From positions 1-61,497 of IMG/VR virus record IMGVR_UViG_3300030104_001836: a DNA stretch of 61,497 nt; one strand, 5' to 3'. This stretch comes from a virus (Duplodnaviria > Caudoviricetes). The notes under the pieces are model-generated. The model was not told where the DNA came from. It did no database searches and worked only from the letters and a program-made list of their open reading frames with translations. This document shows, piece by piece, positions 56,127 to 61,497 of the stretch (positions are counted from its first letter, which is position 1; every line of letters starts with the position of its first letter). A program made the translations under genes and the position numbers.

Positions 56127-56676
56127 CTGGTATAGATCACCACCAGATAAAACGAGTAATTTTACAACTTTTTTTTTAGAAAATGAAGAAAAGTATTATT
56201 GGCAAAAGTGTCAATTTGATGGTTTAATTTATAATGTTTCAGAACGAGAACCATTATTTGAATATATTTTTAGGTATATGAACGTAGATATAGTTTGTCA
56301 ATTAAACGAAATGCAAGATTGGTCAGATTTGTATAAAGAACCTAGATACAATTACGATTTTCAATTTCAAAATAAAAAATTATTAGACTTAGATAAAAAA
56401 GTTTATGATAAATACGGATATGATTATGTTTGTTTAACAAATAAAATAACACAAAATATATCAAGTGCTGAAAGACAAAGAACATGGTCAGTAAAAATGG
56501 AATATAGATTACCATTTTCGTCATCTGGATTTAAGAGTGTTGCTGGACTTTTTTTAAATAAATTAATTACAAAAAAAGAAACAATGATAGATACAATGAT
56601 AAAAATTGTAAAAGGTCAAACGATTGATAAAGATTTTATACAATGGAACAATAGGAGATTGCGTAATGATATATAA
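56116..56676 (+). CDS. hypothetical protein
   Basis: 186-aa ORF. Confidence 0.65.
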   Translation: MMANWYRSPPDKTSNFTTFFLENEEKYYWQKCQFDGLIYNVSEREPLFEYIFRYMNVDIVCQLNEMQDWSDLYKEPRYNYDFQFQNKKLLDLDKKVYDKYGYDYVCLTNKITQNISSAERQRTWSVKMEYRLPFSSSGFKSVAGLFLNKLITKKETMIDTMIKIVKGQTIDKDFIQWNNRRLRNDI

Positions 56677-56818
56677 AGGACAAGAATTATCAGATAACTT
56701 AACAAAATCGCAGATAGATTTATATAAAGGATTAATTGACAGGGGATTTACTGTTCAAGAAATAATAGCTATGTATATAGAGCCAGACAATATTATAAAT
56801 GAGTTAGAAAATGACTAA
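56666..56818 (+). CDS. hypothetical protein
   Basis: MIYKGQ.. after AGGAG. Confidence 0.55.
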   Translation: MIYKGQELSDNLTKSQIDLYKGLIDRGFTVQEIIAMYIEPDNIINELEND

Positions 56819-57032
56819 ATCACAGGCAAAATTGTATATATTTATAAAAAAATTTATAAAAAAAAATGGTTATTCTCCAACCTATGAACAAATGGCTAAA
56901 GGGATAAACCTAAAGTCAAAAAGTGGTATACATATAAAACTAACATCATTAAAAAAAGCAAATAAAATTGATTGGACAAAAGCTATTGCTCGTTCAGTTG
57001 AGATAGTGGAAATAATTGATATTGAACATTAA
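56811..57032 (+). CDS. LexA-type DNA-binding domain repressor (no peptidase domain)
   Basis: TKSQ..FIKK..NGYSPTYEQMA..LKSKSGIH..L..ARSVEI. Confidence 0.88.
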   Translation: MTKSQAKLYIFIKKFIKKNGYSPTYEQMAKGINLKSKSGIHIKLTSLKKANKIDWTKAIARSVEIVEIIDIEH

Positions 57033-57532
57033 TTTTTCTTTTCTCTAACCATATGTTTAGTTAATTTTTTAAGAAATTTTTTTAAGTTTTTATACATTGG
57101 TATTTCTTTTGCATCCTTTTGCAATAAATAATATGGTGCAATATCAAAAATACAAATATGTCTAAAAGTGCCATGTGTTTCTGGACTTGCGTTTTCAACA
57201 ATAAAATCTTCTATTCTGTCTAAGTGTTGCCTAATAAATAAATCAAACTTACTTTCTTTATCAGCAACTTTAGATTTAACACTTCCTATTGCTCCTAGAC
57301 TACTTGTAACAAAAGGTTTTCCATACATTGATCTATGATAAAATTGATAATTTTGACAAACTGTGTGTTCTTCTAAAGTTATTAATTTTCTAGCCAAATG
57401 CATATCTAATACAGATGTAGATAATTGAGGATCATTACCTTCCCCTACATTTTCCTGCCTTTTAGCCTGTAGTTCTGGTGTGCCAATATCCCTTATAAAT
57501 GGTTCTTTTTTTGGTCTGCCTCGTTTAGCCAT
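57029..57532 (-). CDS. putative late transcription regulator (DUF6456/Q-like?)
   Basis: KRGRPKK AT-hook, DIGTPE, LD..LARKLIT..EH; downstream of the initiator. Confidence 0.35.
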   Translation of the reverse strand: MAKRGRPKKEPFIRDIGTPELQAKRQENVGEGNDPQLSTSVLDMHLARKLITLEEHTVCQNYQFYHRSMYGKPFVTSSLGAIGSVKSKVADKESKFDLFIRQHLDRIEDFIVENASPETHGTFRHICIFDIAPYYLLQKDAKEIPMYKNLKKFLKKLTKHMVREKKN

Positions 57533-57544
57533 TATTTACACCTA

Positions 57545-58363
57545 TTACCATCTTTTAAATTCTTCTTCAGTAATTAAACCTTTTACCAACATTTGCTTTA
57601 CCATAGTATCATCTATAAAAGTAGTATGTACTCCTTTTTTAACAAAATTAACATAATTTTCTAGTGGTTTTTTACGAGGAAGAATATCAAATTCATCTTT
57701 TGTACCTTTATCCATAGGTTTATCTAAATAACCTTTAGCATTTAACCATGTACTAGGATGTTGTGCAAATTTCATATCAGTTTGAATTTCACAATGTTTA
57801 TTATACAGGTCAGCTAACTGTTTAGGAGACATATTTTCTTCTACAAAGTTTTTAATTAATTTAATAAATGTTGTTTCTGCTTGTCCTTTTTTAACCTTAT
57901 TTTTAACATTTTTCCAAAATTCATTAAATAAATTTATATACTTTTTATTGTTAATATTACTATTACTGTTACTCTTACTGTTACTGTAACTGGTACTGCG
58001 TTTGGATTGCGTTTGCATTGCGTCTGCATCCCATCTATCATTTGCAGATTTAGTGTTTGCAATAGAGATTTTCTGTACTCTTTCCCACTCCTCAGTTTGT
58101 GCTGTATTGTAGTAATATTGTTTTTCTTGATTGTATTCGAAATATCTATTTAATAAATACTGTGTCATTTCTGTGTCACTATTCTTACTTATATTGTCAA
58201 TTCTTTCTATGTAATTAAATCTTGAAGCATCTAATCTTGCCTTATTTTTCCAAGCATAACATAACATTCTTACATATTTTCCAAACTCTTTGTCTGATAA
58301 ATCAACTGTGTCTGCTATTAATTGATCAACTGCCATTCCCATCTTCCAAACTTTTGTTGTCAT
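57545..58363 (-). CDS. DUF1376/YdaU-like replication initiator
   Basis: IADTVDLS..EFGKYVRMLCYAW; FNEFW..K..K; HPSTWLN. Confidence 0.8.
   Translation of the reverse strand: MTTKVWKMGMAVDQLIADTVDLSDKEFGKYVRMLCYAWKNKARLDASRFNYIERIDNISKNSDTEMTQYLLNRYFEYNQEKQYYYNTAQTEEWERVQKISIANTKSANDRWDADAMQTQSKRSTSYSNSKSNSNSNINNKKYINLFNEFWKNVKNKVKKGQAETTFIKLIKNFVEENMSPKQLADLYNKHCEIQTDMKFAQHPSTWLNAKGYLDKPMDKGTKDEFDILPRKKPLENYVNFVKKGVHTTFIDDTMVKQMLVKGLITEEEFKRW
57997..58029. repeat. three tandem 11-bp iterons (putative origin)
   Basis: TGCGTTTGGAT TGCGTTTGCAT TGCGTCTGCAT, next to hexamer repeats and an AT-rich tract. Confidence 0.7.
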
Positions 58364-58420
58364 TAAATCTCCTTGTTTAAGATTAATTAATATTATTTTG
58401 TTAATTGGTCAATAATATAT

Positions 58421-58450
58421 TTGACAACTTTTAAAATTTAATGTTATGTG
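58421..58450 (+). promoter_or_regulatory. candidate sigma70 promoter (divergent region)
   Basis: TTGACA at 58421; -10 element imperfect; TTGACC on the opposite strand at 58407-58412. Confidence 0.4.
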
Positions 58451-58454
58451 ACTT

Positions 58455-58587
58455 ATGTTAGTTATTCTATAAGAGGATATTCTAACATTGTGGTAATTTA
58501 GAGAGGTATTGTGAAGCATGGATAAAACCGCCAGCGTCTTAAGTGGTCGACATCACACTATAACTAAGGAGGTCAGTATCTCTCTAA
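58455..58587 (+). ncRNA. unclassified structured leader RNA
   Basis: Hairpin 58455-58488; 14-bp stem 58498-58511/58574-58587 with 2 G-U, enclosing inner stems. Confidence 0.55.
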
Positions 58588-58609
58588 TAAAAACAATAAG
58601 GAACAAACA

Positions 58610-58831
58610 ATGAACGCACCAAGTATAAATAAAAGACAACTTACCACTAAAGAGGTTGTTGAAGCTATTAGGTCAAGGGCAGAACAAATAGAAGCTCACA
58701 TGGATGAAGGTGGAGAAATAAGTAGAGAAAATATGTATGATATGTGTAAGCACATAAAAATATTATATCAACTAAATCAAGTTAATGAAAAAGCATTTGA
58801 AGATGTGATTAAAAGGGTAAACAAACTATGA
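58610..58831 (+). CDS. hypothetical protein
   Basis: AAGGA SD, 73 aa. Confidence 0.65.
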   Translation: MNAPSINKRQLTTKEVVEAIRSRAEQIEAHMDEGGEISRENMYDMCKHIKILYQLNQVNEKAFEDVIKRVNKL

Positions 58832-59694
58832 CAAATTTTAATGATCCATTAGTTTTTAAAAGATTTAACATTAACCATTTGTCACCTTCACACATAGGAG
58901 AATTTGTTACTATGAAATCTATGTGGGTTATGAAAAGAGGTTTTAATTATAGTGATGGAATAGCACCACACATGATAAGAGGTGAGGCAATAGGAAAAGG
59001 TTTAGCTTATTTTTTAAACTCTAAGCCTAACAATATTGATGATGTTGTTGAATTTGTTGAGCAATATTATGATGCTAGATATTTAGACACTAGAGAGTCA
59101 GTAGAAAGATCGGATGAAATACAAAATGTAAGACTTACACTTAGACCAATAACAAAATGTGGTGTGGATGCACTAAATGGTATTGGTAATTTTGTTAAAT
59201 CAGAAAGAAAATTAGAATTAGAAGTTTCAAAACTTTTTAATGATGAGAGATTTCCAAATTTAATTGCTTATACTGATTTTACTTTTGCTGAAGATAAAGG
59301 TAATGAATTTACTGTTGAATTAAAGTGTCCTACAAAAAAAACTGATTTAAAATATAGACATTTGTTCCAAGGTTTTACAGCTTATCATTATGGACAAGTT
59401 AATCTTAATCCAATTAATGATAGTAGAATATTATTTTTATTACCTAGAAAATCTACTGATAGAAAAACAAAAAAAGTAACACATAGTGCAGAACCAGATG
59501 TGCATTATTTAAAAGATTATGTTGATCAATTTCATTATCAAAATGAATTAAAAGGAGTTTACAATTCTATGATGAACATATTAACGCAATGCCAAACGTG
59601 GCATGACGTTGCCAAACTTTGCCCTCCAAATCCAGACGATTGGTATTGGAATAAAGAGAGCATAAAAATGAGGAGAGAAATATGGGGGATATAA
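58828..59694 (+). CDS. PD-(D/E)XK exonuclease (RecB/Cas4-like)
   Basis: HLSPSHI, AYTDF, VELKC, Q..Y; next to ERF. Confidence 0.75.
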   Translation: MTNFNDPLVFKRFNINHLSPSHIGEFVTMKSMWVMKRGFNYSDGIAPHMIRGEAIGKGLAYFLNSKPNNIDDVVEFVEQYYDARYLDTRESVERSDEIQNVRLTLRPITKCGVDALNGIGNFVKSERKLELEVSKLFNDERFPNLIAYTDFTFAEDKGNEFTVELKCPTKKTDLKYRHLFQGFTAYHYGQVNLNPINDSRILFLLPRKSTDRKTKKVTHSAEPDVHYLKDYVDQFHYQNELKGVYNSMMNILTQCQTWHDVAKLCPPNPDDWYWNKESIKMRREIWGI

Positions 59695-60413
59695 TTGAAA
59701 CTAAGGTAATACCTGTCCCAGAGGAAAATATGTTACCATCTCTTGCACCTATTCCTAAAGAAATTGCAAGAGCGTTAAATTATGTGTGTAAAAATTCTGT
59801 TAAATTAAGCAATGCACATAAGAACGAATACCATAATTATAATTTTGCTAGTATTGATGATTTCTTAGAGGTTTATGGAAGTATTATTGCTGAAGCTGGA
59901 TTAACAATTATTATGGATGAGGTAGAAGAAAAACAAAACGATAAAGTTTTAAAAATAGTTTATCATTTTATTTTAATCCATGAAAGTGGTTCTATGTGGC
60001 AACATCCTATTAAAAGAAGTATTCGTGTTAATTCTTCTGCTGGATCACAAGCATACGGACAAGCACAAAGTTATTGTCTAAAACAATTTTTACGAGGTGT
60101 GTTTATGATACCAACAGGTGAGAGTAAACATATGAAAGCTGAAGTAGAAACTGATTTAGACTACAGCAAACAAGAAAAACTTAATATGAATAAAGCTAAG
60201 TTTGACAATGCTAATGGTAGTAGCAATGTTATTAAACCTAAATTTCATGTTGATGTTGTTAATGATATTGAAGATGAACTATCTAAATGTAAATCTGATG
60301 GTGATATTGATAATGTTTTTAATAAAAATAAAGAAACGATAAATGGTTTGTCGGATAGAAACAAAAAAACTTTAGAGGCATCCTTTAAAGCAATGAGGGC
60401 TACAGTATTATGA
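59682..60413 (+). CDS. erf: ERF-family ssDNA annealing protein
   Basis: NEYHNYNFASIDD, QAYGQAQSYCLKQFL..F.IPTGE. Confidence 0.85.
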   Translation: MGDIIETKVIPVPEENMLPSLAPIPKEIARALNYVCKNSVKLSNAHKNEYHNYNFASIDDFLEVYGSIIAEAGLTIIMDEVEEKQNDKVLKIVYHFILIHESGSMWQHPIKRSIRVNSSAGSQAYGQAQSYCLKQFLRGVFMIPTGESKHMKAEVETDLDYSKQEKLNMNKAKFDNANGSSNVIKPKFHVDVVNDIEDELSKCKSDGDIDNVFNKNKETINGLSDRNKKTLEASFKAMRATVL

Positions 60414-60655
60414 GTAAAGCAGAATTTTATATAAATAAAAATCAATATAAAACAGAGGATAAACATCCTTCGTATGTTAATAAAAAGGTTGTTATTTCAG
60501 AACCATTACCAGCAGGAACATATTCAGTTGCCGCATGGGGTGGTAAAAATCAATATGGCCCATACATAAAATTAACTTTGGAAGCCAAAGAAGATATACC
60601 ACAACCAGCACCTATACAAAATAATGATAATCTTGAAGAAGACATTCCATTTTGA
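60410..60655 (+). CDS. small SSB-like protein
   Basis: KHPSY, SVAAW, acidic tail EEDIPF. Confidence 0.65.
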   Translation: MSKAEFYINKNQYKTEDKHPSYVNKKVVISEPLPAGTYSVAAWGGKNQYGPYIKLTLEAKEDIPQPAPIQNNDNLEEDIPF

Positions 60656-61128
60656 GAAGTGATGAACCTAGGTATAGATCAGAAAAACATTTACGAAAGA
60701 TTGCAAGTGAACCCTGTTTGGTTTGTGGAAGAAAAGATGTACAAGCACATCATCTTACTCTTTCACAGCCACAGGCAATGTCTCTTAAAGTTGGAGACCA
60801 GTTTACTATTCCTTTATGTGTTTTTCATCATTCAGAATTACATAGAATTACTGAAAAAAAATTTTGGGAAACACATAAGGAGATAGACCCATATGCCAGA
60901 GCAAAAAGATATTGGAATGCCCATGAAGGAGGATTGGGAGATATTACAATTCGATCCCAACAAAATAGTTCAAAGACAAAGAGAGTTAGGAAAAGATTGG
61001 GTAGAAAAACAAGCGTATTACGAGGAGCTAATAGACTTAAAGAAACCAACGAGAGACGACAACGCCTCAACATATCTCAATGGGGGAAAAGGAATTGGGG
61101 AAAGCGAGATGAGGGGAAACGCAAGTAA
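60652..61128 (+). CDS. DUF968/HNH-like Zn-finger nuclease
   Basis: PCLVCG, QAHH, IPLCVFHHSELH. Confidence 0.75.
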   Translation: MRSDEPRYRSEKHLRKIASEPCLVCGRKDVQAHHLTLSQPQAMSLKVGDQFTIPLCVFHHSELHRITEKKFWETHKEIDPYARAKRYWNAHEGGLGDITIRSQQNSSKTKRVRKRLGRKTSVLRGANRLKETNERRQRLNISQWGKRNWGKRDEGKRK

Positions 61129-61282
61129 TAAGTATAGAGATTTTCTTGCTAAGTTAAGTAAAGCAAGAAAAGAAGCTATGTTAGCTAAAGTTGATTATGA
61201 TTCATTTTGTAATTGGGTACAGCTTTTACGATCTAAAGGTGCAAATTTAAGAACAGAAATGCAATTAGCAAATATAACATGA
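60917..61282 (+). CDS. coiled-coil protein (UvsY-like?)
   Basis: Helical protein in the recombination operon; start uncertain (60893/60917/60923). Confidence 0.55.
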   Translation: MPMKEDWEILQFDPNKIVQRQRELGKDWVEKQAYYEELIDLKKPTRDDNASTYLNGGKGIGESEMRGNASNKYRDFLAKLSKARKEAMLAKVDYDSFCNWVQLLRSKGANLRTEMQLANIT

Positions 61283-61300
61283 TAAAGAAGGGTAAAGAAA

Positions 61301-61408
61301 ATGGATTGGGAAAAAGTATTGGAGACAGTATCACTGGTTGTAGTGGTTGCATTTATATTTGTGATGTTTTTAGGAATGTCTTTAGCAATATTAGGAGGAT
61401 TCTTATAA
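61301..61408 (+). CDS. 35-aa TM peptide, not in ORF track
   Basis: MDWEKVLETVSLVVVVAFIFVMFLGMSLAILGGFL. Confidence 0.6.
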   Translation: MDWEKVLETVSLVVVVAFIFVMFLGMSLAILGGFL

Positions 61409-61497
61409 TATGAATAAAGAAGTAGAAGCAATAATTAAAACTGTTTGTGAAGAAACAAACATAACCTTTGTTGAGTTGTGTAGTAAAAGGAGGTCTG
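61400..61497. repeat. Terminal direct repeat, right copy
   Basis: Identical to 2-99. Confidence 0.95.

Noticed and set aside
58498-58587. Twister ribozyme (GUCUUAAG and GGAG resemblance)
   Set aside because: The required P1-UAA-P2 arrangement could not be built; kept as unclassified RNA
58828-59694. CRISPR-associated Cas4
   Set aside because: No array or other cas genes; context is ERF recombination
61400-61497. Biological direct terminal repeat
   Set aside because: 98-bp length and mid-gene position fit an assembler k-mer overlap; it shows circularity only

Overview
The window is an apparently complete, circular ~61.4 kb genome of an AT-rich tailed phage: bases 2-99 recur at 61400-61497. 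The gene set points to a podovirus. A ~50 kb minus-strand late region (51255 to 1545) encodes TerS/TerL, portal, GroES, scaffold, a Mu-gpT-like major capsid, adaptors, a glycosyltransferase, four tail fibres (two with S74 chaperones), nozzle, a GNAT, three ejection-type proteins and a lysis cassette (SleB-type hydrolase, holins). An early/replication region (51470 round to 1228) has many small ORFs, a LexA-like and an XRE-like HTH, a DUF1376 initiator, PD-(D/E)XK nuclease, ERF, an HNH-like nuclease and a DnaA-domain-IV protein. I saw no DNA polymerase, integrase, tRNA or CRISPR array. The capsid N-terminus and gene content resemble, from memory, marine HTVC010P-like pelagiphages; a low-GC alphaproteobacterial host is inferred, not shown. 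Main candidate systems: (1) a 3620-aa probable injected protein with an intact Strawberry-notch SF2 helicase, which hides a nested +1-frame gene with its own SD; (2) a hairpin RNA whose loop is complementary to early-gene ribosome-binding sites; (3) a 4-copy palindromic operator; (4) an iteron origin inside the initiator; (5) two structured RNA leaders; (6) Lys-rich microproteins and cargo-like proteins sharing GG-based and C-terminal motifs. All family names come from motif recognition by eye, not from database searches.
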